From the IMG/VR virus record IMGVR_UViG_649633002_000001, positions 5,191 through 69,190 of that record: a stretch of DNA of 64,000 nt; one strand, given 5' to 3'. Origin of the DNA: a virus (lineage: Duplodnaviria > Caudoviricetes). This document shows positions 29,101 to 37,069 of the stretch, in pieces (positions within the stretch are counted from its first letter, which is position 1; each line of letters opens with the position of its first letter). The notes under the pieces were generated by a model that ran no database searches, was not told the DNA's origin, and saw only the letters and a list, made by a program, of their open reading frames with translations. A program made the translations under genes and the position numbers.

Positions 29101-30425
29101 CTTCCATCGAAATTCGCAGCCTCAGAGAATGTTTCGCTTAGTCTCCACTTGTACCTTACCCAACCACCGCCAGGATAATCTACTTCGCTAACTAACCCAA
29201 ATGTTGGGTCATATTTGAAGTTATATGCCGATCCATTCGGCGCGGTGATGGAATTCAGAACTGAGAATCCCGGCTCACTTATATTGAAATAGCCGTTGCA
29301 TGTATATGTGGAACCAGGATTGTTGACGATTCGAACCGAGGGAGGATTATAGGACGCGGTTGCAGATGTAAAATCAAGGTGGTAACTTAGGCCCCCAACA
29401 TTGTAGTCGAGAGGTTTCATCGTGTTTGCGCTGTTGTTTTGATTTGCTTGAGTACCAAGGTAGGGATAGGCTCCCGGCGCAGATGCGCCCGAGGAAGATA
29501 CCGAAACGATAGTTCTACCCACGCTATCCGTTATTGGCAGACCGCCGTTTGTTTGATTCGGAAGTACATTGAAGGCAAGTCGATTGCCGTTTCTATCTTC
29601 GATGGCGAGAGGATAGATGTAGTTATTCGTTACATCATGCGGATCATATCCAGGCACCCCGCTTTGGCCAGCTGGAAAGAAATACTGAGTGCCGTTAAGA
29701 TCAGTGGCTACAAACGAGGGTCCCTCCCCGCAGTCGCTATTCTCCGACGGAAGGCCATTGCAGTTCGCTTCAGCTGCGGAGGCGACTTCGTCATCCCCTC
29801 CCGATTGCGATGATGTAAAACTGTGAAGGTTACTTTGAAGCTGCGAAGAATCACAGTGGTCCTCCGGATCATAACCGCCGGTTACCGAGACTTCAGGCGG
29901 CGACAGGAAAGCTAGACCGAGCGGATGCGCCTCTCCCTGCATGTCGTAGAAATTGTAAGCGGACGAGATGGAGCAAGCATATGACCCGCTGCTGCTGGTG
30001 GCCGCTGGATTGACCATTTGAACGTTCCAAGCTAAAGCAGTGACGTACGGGAGTGTGTCGCTCCATCCTCCTCCCGCGTTTGCGCGGTCAGTGTTTGTTG
30101 GCTGGTTGTAAGAACATGGTGCCGAGTCTAAACCGCCGCAGCCAGCAACAAGGGATGAGAAGCGATGCACAGAACCTGAGTTGTAGGTGAAAGCAAAAGG
30201 AAGAGAGATTCCTCTTCCTTTTGGCGTGGGCAGATCGACCTTAAGTGATAATGAACCATTTGCTGGATTAACAGTTTCCGAAAGGCCGTTGATGTAGTTG
30301 TGACCTACGCCAGGTATCGGAACGGAACCCTCATTCACCAGAGGGTTGCTCTGGGCACATAAGTTGGATGCGGAGATGATGAAGAAACCTGCAACAAGAC
30401 GTGCGCAGTTTTTCAGAGAAATCAT
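23133..30425 (-). CDS. Rhs/YD-repeat polymorphic toxin with inserted CBM-like repeats and L,D-transpeptidase-type C-terminal domain
   Basis: Possible signal peptide from ATG 30425 (ORF open to 30479); many YD repeats; core FTGKERDAESGLDYFPARYY...DP...NPMSHTDPTG; C-terminal IHGT...SHGCIRM. Confidence 0.92.
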   Translation of the reverse strand: MISLKNCARLVAGFFIISASNLCAQSNPLVNEGSVPIPGVGHNYINGLSETVNPANGSLSLKVDLPTPKGRGISLPFAFTYNSGSVHRFSSLVAGCGGLDSAPCSYNQPTNTDRANAGGGWSDTLPYVTALAWNVQMVNPAATSSSGSYACSISSAYNFYDMQGEAHPLGLAFLSPPEVSVTGGYDPEDHCDSSQLQSNLHSFTSSQSGGDDEVASAAEANCNGLPSENSDCGEGPSFVATDLNGTQYFFPAGQSGVPGYDPHDVTNNYIYPLAIEDRNGNRLAFNVLPNQTNGGLPITDSVGRTIVSVSSSGASAPGAYPYLGTQANQNNSANTMKPLDYNVGGLSYHLDFTSATASYNPPSVRIVNNPGSTYTCNGYFNISEPGFSVLNSITAPNGSAYNFKYDPTFGLVSEVDYPGGGWVRYKWRLSETFSEAANFDGSQGSGSGGQPIPFSGGCLYEYSIPVIDQRTVGYRQGSSAAITQSFSYSTTWNSVGQWLSKTTTVSTTDNISGQKSQTVYSYGPIGRKVQVNEFGLMAVQLPVETSVKDYDLGIAGSSNSTLLRATTKTWSDQYKLTSKTVQLAGAPSSSEVYCFTGDSDLVTEKDEYGFGVSGPQITPVNGGWSVAASANCGSPTPTRKTLLGYGISSMPCLTAIYDGSTRTAETDVYLDGGSSPCLSGSATTQAVGGLVAGTHDEANYGPSVPARRGNPTTVTQWSNNGSSTTTTAVFDETGQIVSSTDGCGNVACADMPGTAGHTTAYSYADNFTDANASGQTNAYVTSVTRPSPNGVPIVLKYGYRYSDGQVSSVTDANNQTTNYTYADSLNRLTETQGPLDASNGNQRPTTAFTYNDAAPSPSITTKMLLNTGGTQLNSVAVQDGIGHTVQTQVTSDPAGTDYVDTAYTGMGSVYSVSSPHRSGFLPTDGTKLFAYDALGREIHQTNTDGSGEWWCYNGISSGSQPNCIGNASSISQGSWVDHSDETGSHWQHVSDSFGRLAAVIEPSPANGTPFLETDYSYDGLNNLKGVNQIGAPGDAPRSRSFSYDSLSRLITSTNPETGTICYGLWSGSTCSGGYDANGNLQYKTDARGKQTSYTYDALNRLHFKTYSDGTPTAAFGYDGKDENGGAIPSSLNSIGRLSHVSNEVNAAKTLSYDAMGRLTSQTECVPSDCSYDIGVSAGYDLAGNMTSLTYPDGRTVQHGFDAAGRMSSVTNLGFSSNVVNQPYLTVATNGYDAAGHLVAAGFGNGVSMGAGYDNRERLLTLGYGPANAPLWSKQYAWTPNSNLQSQTDLITGVQRQFGYDSLNRLTAAQDIFSNLAVASGSNGNTGSTTTSGSGAAETPGGSGAVPQWTNPDDSNLLAELGASQPGWTYTNATVATNAATGPDGLMSAAVVTATSGSQDTYISGTVPNASSYSLETMTGSVWLRSTSGTQTVNLYLVDLSPGNFGIAGWRQVQLTPSWQQYQVTGSMPAALNVISWQIGGGATVSNGQSFMVWNPMLEDEGIAGSSVTNFLPYSQRFSGSTWAANGVSVADNSVTAPDGQKTGATITSTGNGQIDGLVQSPLPYSGLTITGSVWMRVPSGSLSVDLGLYETGSSGFAALNATIVNVTSDWQRFAVTGVTQGSLSLLALQVGGNGHMLAGQVVQVWGAQVEAAATAGPYVATAGIPATINTSFTNLLPYSQTPTGPSWSGQTITTATNSTTAPDGSITAAQISATGADSYLVDSAANPGLYDGATVTGSVYLRSTGGSQTLNLYLFTMNASGRTYFSPQTVNLNSTWQRFQITASLPTGLTALVLQIGGAGSLQSGQVFDVWGAQLEVASHPGPYIATTTLPVLTGTQLTNILPNSQQLNGPNWFLSAGSIAGISGAAPDGTNTASTFVASPNSGDSYLAALAPNPSLYDGETVTASVYLRSNSGTQPINLYLTEIGDQGWQVANSVNLNLSSSWQRVAVTGSLMNGLTNLALQIGGGGSIQNGQGFQVWGPQLVEGSDPAPYTQTTTTTTVIATGQSGTPVPNGLNESYAYDSFGNITKNGSFNASYTANNQMFGYSYDAAGNLLSDGYNVMTWDAESRMLTAGGATYVYDAEGQRVEKQGVGVTDTVYFGGQPIARLSAGQWTDLIYGPNGLLAEVPGTQNGAPVYHVTDQLGTTAGNLLADGTFVNPMDYRPFGGVFSGNTNDPYLFTGKERDAESGLDYFPARYYGSNMGRWMSPDPIPWLGWQHPPEGSSEEEEEESHKKFEEWIGNPQNLNMYAYVNNNPMSHTDPTGMAGCQAGDKKFSTCTITVTYDPKTSKGTLTVTGQNKGDAAPTTLLTASVVVGGDGHVTPTGTFTAKSWEKDHVSTLYGNSANTPWSKTALGGNAFGPYQLHIKELDGRGIFIHGTMGPGWSPTTWGNALFLSPTSHGCIRMCNRDDIDLHSIMPNPAGNKIIIGTTP

Positions 30426-30869
30426 TAAGCCCTTTGCTAGGAACCAGACGTTTCGTTTTGGTGGCCGAACATTCACCAAGAGCCTTGGAGAATCATTGTC
30501 CGCTTTGCAGGCAGACGCTTTACTCCTCGGCGTTGCTGATGGATCTCAGCTATAAGGATTAGGGTAAGTAAGGCGGGAAAGATCAGTCTGCAGGAACAGG
30601 AAAGAGCAGGAACACCCGAGCCAAGGGACGGCGCATTAAATCTCCAAGCGGCGCAAATTTTGATGATGAGTAACATTGCCTTTTCTGAAGAGTGAAGTCA
30701 ATGAAAATTTACTCCTGCATGCACTGTTTGCTGTCTTCAAGTGCGTTCTCTTTCGGCTTCGCCTCGACCCACAACCCCCCGGCCCGCCCGGCCCGGGATA
30801 CCAACCCTGCCCGCACGGCTACCGGTCCCGGAGAGCGCACCCTCGCAGCATCGAGCGCCATTCCTGGAT

Positions 30870-30897
30870 GGCGGCTGGCCGGTATCGGTCAGCCGCC
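30870..30897 (-). terminator. Stem-loop downstream of integrase
   Basis: GGCGGCTGGCCG-GTAT-CGGTCAGCCGCC ending 10 bp before the integrase stop. Confidence 0.55.
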
Positions 30898-30907
30898 TCG
30901 TCGGTCG

Positions 30908-32188
30908 TCAGTATCCGGCCTTCGCCTGAGCAGCTATGAACCGCTCCTTGAGGTCGCCCGTTACGGCAGCCGCCAAGTACCGGGAAGTGCTGGTGAAGTC
31001 CTTGTGTGAGTGGCCGAGTAGCACCTGAACCGACTTCACGTCCATACCGCCCCGCAGGCAATTAGTGGCGTAGGTAGCTCTAAACCGGTGAACGAAGAAA
31101 ATCGAGGGGTCTTGGCCGGACCGCTTCGCGATCTTCTTGCAAAGGTCCCACATCTTGTCATTGGGCTTCCCTGACCGGGTACAGAAGACCAGGTCAGTAT
31201 CCGCGCCTTGGTTCAGCTTCGTGGCGGCTTCCTTATGCGCCGTCAGGCGGAGGAGCAAATCAGGCAGGATCGGAATAGTGCGCGACTTCCCTGTTTTGGT
31301 TTTATGCCCAGTCGTCTTATTGTTTCGAACCGTGATGATGCCGTACCTGAGATCCACCCAGCGCCAAGCGAGGTTCATCATCTCGCCTTTGCGCAGACCG
31401 GTCCGCAGGAAGGTGGTGAACAGAAGGTGTTCGGCTGGCTTGCACGCAGCGAAGAACTTCTCCAGCTCTTCAGTCTGGAAGATAATGGGTTCGTCGTTCT
31501 CGTCGTCATCCCTGAACTCCTCCATCTTCACTAGCCCTTTGCCGGGGGGTAGGTCCATGAACCAGCGATAAAACTGATTCACCTCCGCGACCTTGTTCAC
31601 CGCCGTGCGCTGAGTGCGGAGTTTACGGGTCTTGTGGGCGTGCTCCCGGTCTGACTGCTCCGGAGTTCTGACTATCCAGTCCACGAAGTTGTGTAGATCG
31701 TCAGATGTTAGGTCTTCAACGTACTGCTTTTTGACGAACCGTCGGAACTCTTCAAGGTCGTAGGTGAAGAGCGCGAGGGTCTTGGGCCGCCACTTAGCGG
31801 ACGGTCGGTTGGTTGCCGGGTCTAAGAATGACGCGATAGCCGTCTTGAGTAGGGTCTTTTCATCGGCCTCCTCCACCTTCAAACCGACGGACAGGCCCCG
31901 AAGGGCGAGTTCCTTGATGTCCGCTGCGTTCTTGGCGAGGTTGTACTTCGGCCCAATCTTCTTCCAGCGGCGTTTCGTGCCCTCGTAGAAGAAGATCCCC
32001 CAGTCACCCTCGGGGTGAACCTCCATCTTGCCCCTAACCAGAACCTTATCGTTTTCCGGCTTGTTATTGCTCGGGTTCACCCACGGCGGACACTTCACCC
32101 ACACGCCACCCTGCCACTCCCGTTTGCCCGCGTCCCAGACGCCGCCGACGCGCACCTGCTTGTAAACCGCCACTTTCCTGTTCGCCAC
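30908..32188 (-). CDS. int: Prophage tyrosine integrase
   Basis: TGLRKGE, KTK, HRFRATYA, LLGH, SRYL catalytic motifs; GGAGG RBS; adjacent to tRNA fragment. Confidence 0.95.
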   Translation of the reverse strand: MANRKVAVYKQVRVGGVWDAGKREWQGGVWVKCPPWVNPSNNKPENDKVLVRGKMEVHPEGDWGIFFYEGTKRRWKKIGPKYNLAKNAADIKELALRGLSVGLKVEEADEKTLLKTAIASFLDPATNRPSAKWRPKTLALFTYDLEEFRRFVKKQYVEDLTSDDLHNFVDWIVRTPEQSDREHAHKTRKLRTQRTAVNKVAEVNQFYRWFMDLPPGKGLVKMEEFRDDDENDEPIIFQTEELEKFFAACKPAEHLLFTTFLRTGLRKGEMMNLAWRWVDLRYGIITVRNNKTTGHKTKTGKSRTIPILPDLLLRLTAHKEAATKLNQGADTDLVFCTRSGKPNDKMWDLCKKIAKRSGQDPSIFFVHRFRATYATNCLRGGMDVKSVQVLLGHSHKDFTSTSRYLAAAVTGDLKERFIAAQAKAGY

Positions 32189-32294
32189 GATAAGCCCTCC
32201 GAGGGCTCAATAGTAACGCTTTTCAGTACGGTGGTAGTACGGCGCAGCCGGAGAGAAACCTAAGCCATTCAATATAAATCACTTAGCGTTGTAG

Positions 32295-32352
32295 TGGTGC
32301 CCGAGGGGGGACTTGAACCCCCATTCCCTAAAGGGCGACGGATTTTAAGTCC
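32295..32352 (-). tRNA. 3' half of tRNA-Leu(UAA), att core; not an intact tRNA
   Basis: Reverse strand reads GGA-CTTAAAA-TCC, long variable arm, GGTTCAAGTCC T-arm, ...GGGCACCA; no D-arm or 5' acceptor strand upstream. Confidence 0.9.
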
Positions 32353-32478
32353 CATTTTCCACAGATTGCGGTGTCAAGCATTATCTTGCAGATTGCTGCA
32401 AAACCCTTGTCTTTGTTGAGTTTTATCGCTTCTCTGCCTTGCAGGATGACGTTTACCATCGCACGATATTCCGATGCG

Positions 32479-32499
32479 AAGTGCCACTACAAGTGCCAC
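32479..32499. repeat. Direct repeat AAGTGCCAC x2, putative integrase arm-type sites
   Basis: AAGTGCCAC-TAC-AAGTGCCAC ~130 bp from the att core; a different pair AGTACGG x2 lies at 32225-32242 on the other side. Confidence 0.55.
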
Positions 32500-32527
32500 C
32501 AGAACCTGACAAAGAGCTTGAACCTTT

Positions 32528-33250
32528 CTAAGGTGTTGGTGATGCAGCGAGACGGATTATTTCAAGTGCCTTTGAGCAAACGTCCGCTTCTACTGTCGGG
32601 AGCGACCCGACGAGCGCGATAGGAGTCTTTTTTGCAAGCCCCCAGAAGTGATCGGCAATATCTGAACCAAGAAAGAGATACTCGGAATGGCGGTCAACGA
32701 AGCGATGCTTGAGGAGCTTTTTCTTGAAAAGATAGTCTTCAACCTTCCGGTAACTGCCGCCAAAGTCATCCTCCAAGGCGCTATTTCCACGTGAAACTCT
32801 TTTTGCCGCCACCTCACGCCCATGCCCCAAGACATTACGAAAGTGAAAGAGGACGCTCAGGGCTTCCAATAAAGGCTTAAGGCCAGAAAGGTCATCAAAG
32901 CTGTATCCGGTCACGAGTTCGAAGGTCTCTCTATAACCGGCTATTCCGGTGCTTCTGCCAACTCTTGCCGCAAGGTCTGTGTGCAATCTGTTGAAGAACT
33001 GATTGTTCGACTTTCTCTTGGCAAAATCCAACTGTTCTGAGTCGAAGAATATCTTCCTCCGGTGTTCAAGAAGTGCCCGAAGAATGGATTCTAAAATGCC
33101 TTCGAGATAACACGCTGCCCCCAGGATGATCTGAAAATTTATTCCAGCAGTCAACTTGGTCGGCCCGTTGCCGGGACGGCTTCCAGCAAAGTGGTCAATA
33201 GAAACTTCTATGGAAGGCCAAACTGCCTCCGTTATGTAATGGATGACCAT
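32528..33250 (-). CDS. HEPN-motif protein (putative RNase/defence)
   Basis: AACYLEGILE helix and FRNVLGHG (R-x4-H). Confidence 0.6.
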   Translation of the reverse strand: MVIHYITEAVWPSIEVSIDHFAGSRPGNGPTKLTAGINFQIILGAACYLEGILESILRALLEHRRKIFFDSEQLDFAKRKSNNQFFNRLHTDLAARVGRSTGIAGYRETFELVTGYSFDDLSGLKPLLEALSVLFHFRNVLGHGREVAAKRVSRGNSALEDDFGGSYRKVEDYLFKKKLLKHRFVDRHSEYLFLGSDIADHFWGLAKKTPIALVGSLPTVEADVCSKALEIIRLAASPTP

Positions 33251-33314
33251 ATGAATCTCCTACGCCCCGCCAACAAGACACGCTGCTGACTGTATACCAT
33301 CGAGAAGTGTCACT

Positions 33315-33343
33315 TTCGCCATCTCTTCGCCTATACTTGGTTC
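33315..33343 (+). promoter_or_regulatory. Direct-repeat operator (LexA-like) abutting a -10 box, leaderless start
   Basis: TTCGCC-N5-TTCGCC-TATACT-N6-ATG(33344). Confidence 0.55.
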
Positions 33344-33556
33344 ATGTTCGACCCTTTCGCCAACACGCCTCGCATCAATCGAACAATGGTCTATCTCGGC
33401 GCGTGCATGATCGCTGGCATCAGACTAGCAAGAGAGCGACAGGTGAACGTCCGGGTTGTCCCTACGAGGGTTGCGGTCGATGAGTCGGTGGAACTGGCTC
33501 ATGAGATTTTCAATAAGGTGTTCAGGCGGGTTCCCGAAAAGCTGGGGCAGAAGTGA
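33344..33556 (+). CDS. Small hypothetical protein
   Basis: Leaderless ATG with clear promoter; followed by RBS-bearing next gene. Confidence 0.7.
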   Translation: MFDPFANTPRINRTMVYLGACMIAGIRLARERQVNVRVVPTRVAVDESVELAHEIFNKVFRRVPEKLGQK

Positions 33557-33565
33557 GGAGGACAT

Positions 33566-33859
33566 ATGGACGAGCGGACGATTGTTTCAGTTGCGGATGA
33601 GCAGCAGGCAGGGCAGGTCAATGAGGTCAGGCAGCATGATCTCCGCTTCCTTGCTCAATGGAAGAGTATTGAAGAGTACCCCGCCTGCCCCGTGGGTATC
33701 GGCATCTTGAAACAGATGGCAGAGGCTAGTCCGGGGGCGTATGAGCTCGCACTCTCCAAAGGGATGGACAGGCCGGATCACCCGCTGCTCATCCGCAACC
33801 CTCACTGGAGAGCCTTTGTTGCTCACTACCAGGCTTGTGAGAATTGCAACGAGGTCTGA
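33566..33859 (+). CDS. Putative Zn-binding small protein (paralogue of 53180-53473)
   Basis: GAGGAGG RBS; ACPVG...H-x3-CENC. Confidence 0.8.
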   Translation: MDERTIVSVADEQQAGQVNEVRQHDLRFLAQWKSIEEYPACPVGIGILKQMAEASPGAYELALSKGMDRPDHPLLIRNPHWRAFVAHYQACENCNEV

Positions 33860-33871
33860 GTCCCCTGATCT

Positions 33872-34069
33872 TCACTGAGACTTATAGAGATCAACGCACA
33901 GCGGATATGCGCCTGCATCCTTATCAACTTCCTGCCTTGGGACAGACAAACACTGCTGCCCTGTCTTCGTGTCGAGTGCGAAAGTTCCTTCACCGACAGG
34001 CACAAATCTATGGCTTTGGCTTCCGCAGCCTAGAATCAACATTGTTACGCTGAGAGTAGCAACCTTCAT
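33872..34069 (-). CDS. Small lipoprotein
   Basis: MKVATLSVTMLILGC lipobox-like signal; ALDTKTGQQC. Confidence 0.65.
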   Translation of the reverse strand: MKVATLSVTMLILGCGSQSHRFVPVGEGTFALDTKTGQQCLSVPRQEVDKDAGAYPLCVDLYKSQ

Positions 34070-34239
34070 GGAACAAGACTCTCAGGACAATCCCACCATT
34101 TCAAGGTCAACAGTTAAATTTATTTTTTGCATAAGAATGAACAAGATAAAGCCTTAGACAATACAGCATATTTTTCCTTGACGTATCTTCCGTGCTGTGC
34201 TTATGAAATGCTGGTCCTAGAAACACAAGGAGCTACATC

Positions 34240-34710
34240 ATGAGCCTCACACCCGTTACACCTTCACTGCCAATCCCTAACCCCTGCCCTAGCTGCCTGC
34301 GGGCCTTCCTCACAGCGCGGGACACCTGTTCATCTTGCAAGCTGGTGATGTGCGCTGACTGTGGCTGCTCTTGCGATCACGTCTCACCTGCCATCGCGGT
34401 AGCAGTAGCTACACAAAAGCTGTGGCGCACCCCGCTGCTGCCCTCACAGACACTGGTGGTGGAGTCTGAACACGATTCCTGTTACGGAGTCTCAGGGGAG
34501 ACCAAGTGGTTATCCAGACTGCCCCTCCATGAGCATGAGATCGCAAAGTGTTTGCCGGATGGCATGGGACCGATTCACCAGGGGCACCAACGGGCCGCGT
34601 TGGGTTCTGGTGAAGCTCAATACAGCGCCAATGGGTACGGTGTAGATTTGCTTCTGTTTCGTATCGAGGGCAGACGCTTCACCACTTCGGTATTCACCCC
34701 GATCAACTAA
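34240..34710 (+). CDS. Hypothetical protein with Cys-rich N-terminal Zn finger
   Basis: TTGACG promoter-like box and AAGGAG RBS; CPSC..CSSC..CADCGCSC. Confidence 0.65.
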   Translation: MSLTPVTPSLPIPNPCPSCLRAFLTARDTCSSCKLVMCADCGCSCDHVSPAIAVAVATQKLWRTPLLPSQTLVVESEHDSCYGVSGETKWLSRLPLHEHEIAKCLPDGMGPIHQGHQRAALGSGEAQYSANGYGVDLLLFRIEGRRFTTSVFTPIN

Positions 34711-34711
34711 C

Positions 34712-34751
34712 AGCACAGTTCCACTCAGAAATAGATGGGTGGAACTGTGCT
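34712..34751. terminator. Stem-loop
   Basis: AGCACAGTTCCAC...GTGGAACTGTGCT immediately after the stop at 34710. Confidence 0.55.
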
Positions 34752-34912
34752 AATCTCTAGCAACGTCACTGAAGATCGTGGCAAGCAGACAAGGTGAGAC
34801 GCGGGCCGCAGCAACAAGCGGCGACAGGAACAGCCATCCTGCGGGAAATGCACCCGGAACACAGGCCCCTTGTCAGTTCGATCAGTGGCTAATACTCATT
34901 GGAGAATTAGTC

Positions 34913-35092
34913 ATGAATGAAGCAATCACTCTCGCAACTCGTTCCTTTGCCGAAGCCATTATCCAAAGTCATTACGCAGGTGTAAAGCGTGCTGAAGAGT
35001 TCCGAATGGCAAGTCTTCAGCATGAGGACCAGCAACGCAAGCGTTATAAAGCCGACATCCTGAAACAGATCAATTATCTGTCGCAGGCGTAA
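34913..35092 (+). CDS. Small helical hypothetical protein
   Basis: GGAG RBS before ATG 34913; followed by hairpin. Confidence 0.55.
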   Translation: MNEAITLATRSFAEAIIQSHYAGVKRAEEFRMASLQHEDQQRKRYKADILKQINYLSQA

Positions 35093-35101
35093 ACGAAGAA
35101 A

Positions 35102-35135
35102 CCCTGTCTATCCTCAGACATGAGGATAGACAGGG
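35102..35135. terminator. Perfect 15-bp stem-loop
   Basis: CCCTGTCTATCCTCA-GACA-TGAGGATAGACAGGG. Confidence 0.6.
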
Positions 35136-35680
35136 CTTGCAATTACATAAGGTGGCACAAAGAATGGTTCTGCTCGCCTTATACATGATTGACGATATCG
35201 TCAGCGCCATTGAGACACTGAACGGACTCGACATATGAGGGGCGTGGAATGGACGGCAGGTAAACATTAAGAAAATACGCGAGCGAGTTGCAAAGCTCCC
35301 TATCGTACTGGCAATCATGTTTGTCATCGAATATTTCGGAAAGCGCCGATCCCGTCTTCGATCTGCTCCAGAAGCAGAGACATAATCTTCTGGGGCGCCA
35401 TTATGCAGGCTACCTATTGTTTTTGTTCGGAGCAACGGATTAGGAGATCGCTACATGGATTGCTAAAAACCTCCTTACGCTGGACTCTCTGACCGGCAGC
35501 AGCCTAGCAGGCTTCGTTTTGCGGAAACGCTGACTAAAGTGCTGGCCCGCGCGGGCCATTCATAGAGGCGCACGGTTGAACGGAAGATGCCGTCGCATTT
35601 TTCGCGGTTCTCTTCTGCCAAGTGATATATTGGGCGGCACAAGAACTTCAATCTGATTGGCCTTATGAGGAAAAGCAAAA

Positions 35681-36640
35681 ATGCCAAGGTACGCGGCATC
35701 GAACTGGGGCTGGGTTGCGCTCACGCTGATTGTCGGGGGCACTGCCGCAATAATAAGCAGGGCCGCGTTCTGGCAAAAGAAAAATGAAGTGGCGATTAGA
35801 CCGCCAGGAGTTCGCCTCCTTCTACCCCCTCAACCTGCACAGTCTATCGCGGCTGGGGATCTTCCTTACGCGCTCATTAGCTGCTCTGCCTACGACTCGC
35901 TCAATCCAAATGACAAGAAAGCAAAAAGGTGCCCGAACGGCTCCGCCGATTTAGGAGATGAATGGCAGCCCTGGATCGCATTTCCGGATGCAGAGTTGCA
36001 AACGGAGATGGCCAGCGTTCACCTGCGAGCCCGCGTTTGGGAGAATAAGTCGAAGGGCCTGCTAGTCGTATCCTTTGGCGGAACTGAAGCCGGAAGCTGG
36101 AATGATTGGAAGTCAAATTTTCGCTGGACCCAATTGTGGCAAAAAGACGAATACACTGTGTTGGGGTCAAGCTATGTTCGTTCGTTTGCCGAAGAACTCG
36201 CGCGGAGGAGAACCCAGCCAGGTCAAGAATACCTCGGGAAGGTGACGCTGATCTCAACCGGTCACTCTCTGGGTGCGGGGTTAGCCGAAAAGTTCGCGTA
36301 TTCTCTGCCCGCTCGCGAGTTCGGTATACAGCATGTGGACACAGTGTTCGCCTTCGATACATCTCCTGTGACAACGTTCCTAAACACGGCGCGGAACGTT
36401 CGGCAAGAAAATGTGATCGGCCTAAAGATCGTTAGGATTTACGAGCGTGGGGAGGGACTGGCAATTGTCCGTGCGATAGCGAGTGTCGTGCATAAGCCAT
36501 CCACGGTGAACCCTGAAGTGAGTCAGCGTCGTTACAACTTATTTGGTGATGACCGTTTCGGCACCACCAACCCAGTAGCGAGCCATTCGATTGCAGAACT
36601 AGCTGAGGGCCTAAAGAAAGTTGCTGCCGGCTCGAATTAG
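35681..36640 (+). CDS. Membrane-anchored alpha/beta hydrolase (class 3 lipase-like)
   Basis: N-terminal TM; VVSFGGTE, DWKSN, TGHSLGAGLA nucleophile elbow, C-terminal HSI. Confidence 0.85.
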   Translation: MPRYAASNWGWVALTLIVGGTAAIISRAAFWQKKNEVAIRPPGVRLLLPPQPAQSIAAGDLPYALISCSAYDSLNPNDKKAKRCPNGSADLGDEWQPWIAFPDAELQTEMASVHLRARVWENKSKGLLVVSFGGTEAGSWNDWKSNFRWTQLWQKDEYTVLGSSYVRSFAEELARRRTQPGQEYLGKVTLISTGHSLGAGLAEKFAYSLPAREFGIQHVDTVFAFDTSPVTTFLNTARNVRQENVIGLKIVRIYERGEGLAIVRAIASVVHKPSTVNPEVSQRRYNLFGDDRFGTTNPVASHSIAELAEGLKKVAAGSN

Positions 36641-37069
36641 GTTGTAGTGCCGACCTTGAGGCCACGCTCCCGTTCACAACGCCCAGCAATCGTGGAGGGT
36701 GCTCACCGGTACTCGCAATTCAGTGAAGGTAGCGCGTCGATATAGCTGCAGTTCGGATTGGCTAACGACCTTTGTGTTTTCTCAAGGGCCATAATCTGAG
36801 ATTCTAGCTAGGGATTTTCGATGAGTGGGTATAAATGTTTGTCGAGTCCTTTTCTGCCTCAAATGCGCGTAAGGACATAAAGCAGCCTTGGCGACGTCAA
36901 GGCTTTCGTGTTTTTTGAAGCGATGTGGCGCATGATTTTTATGCTGAGCAGCCCGTTGCATGTAGGAAGAGTTTTTATCTTTGCCAAGCCCGGACTACCA
37001 TCCGATTAAAGTGGTTTCAGATTTCGTATTTCAGTTTAGAATCGTCGCAAATTCAAACCGGAGAGACAC

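Larger units (their letters stand above)
1..32352. mobile_element. HK97-like temperate siphovirus prophage (late region, lysis, cargo, integrase); left end lies outside the window
   Basis: Co-linear packaging, head, neck, tail and lysis genes on + strand; integrase at 30908-32188 abutting the tRNA-Leu 3' fragment at 32295-32352. Confidence 0.92.

Noticed and set aside
23133-30479. Type VI secretion locus
   Set aside because: No PAAR, VgrG, Hcp or chaperone genes recognised in the window
30676-31061. Short ORFs between Rhs and integrase
   Set aside because: Low-complexity Pro/Arg-rich translations overlapping a terminator-like hairpin and the integrase end
32295-32400. Intact tRNA-Leu gene
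   Set aside because: Sequence beyond 32352 cannot form the outer anticodon stem, D-arm or 5' acceptor strand; only the 3' half is present
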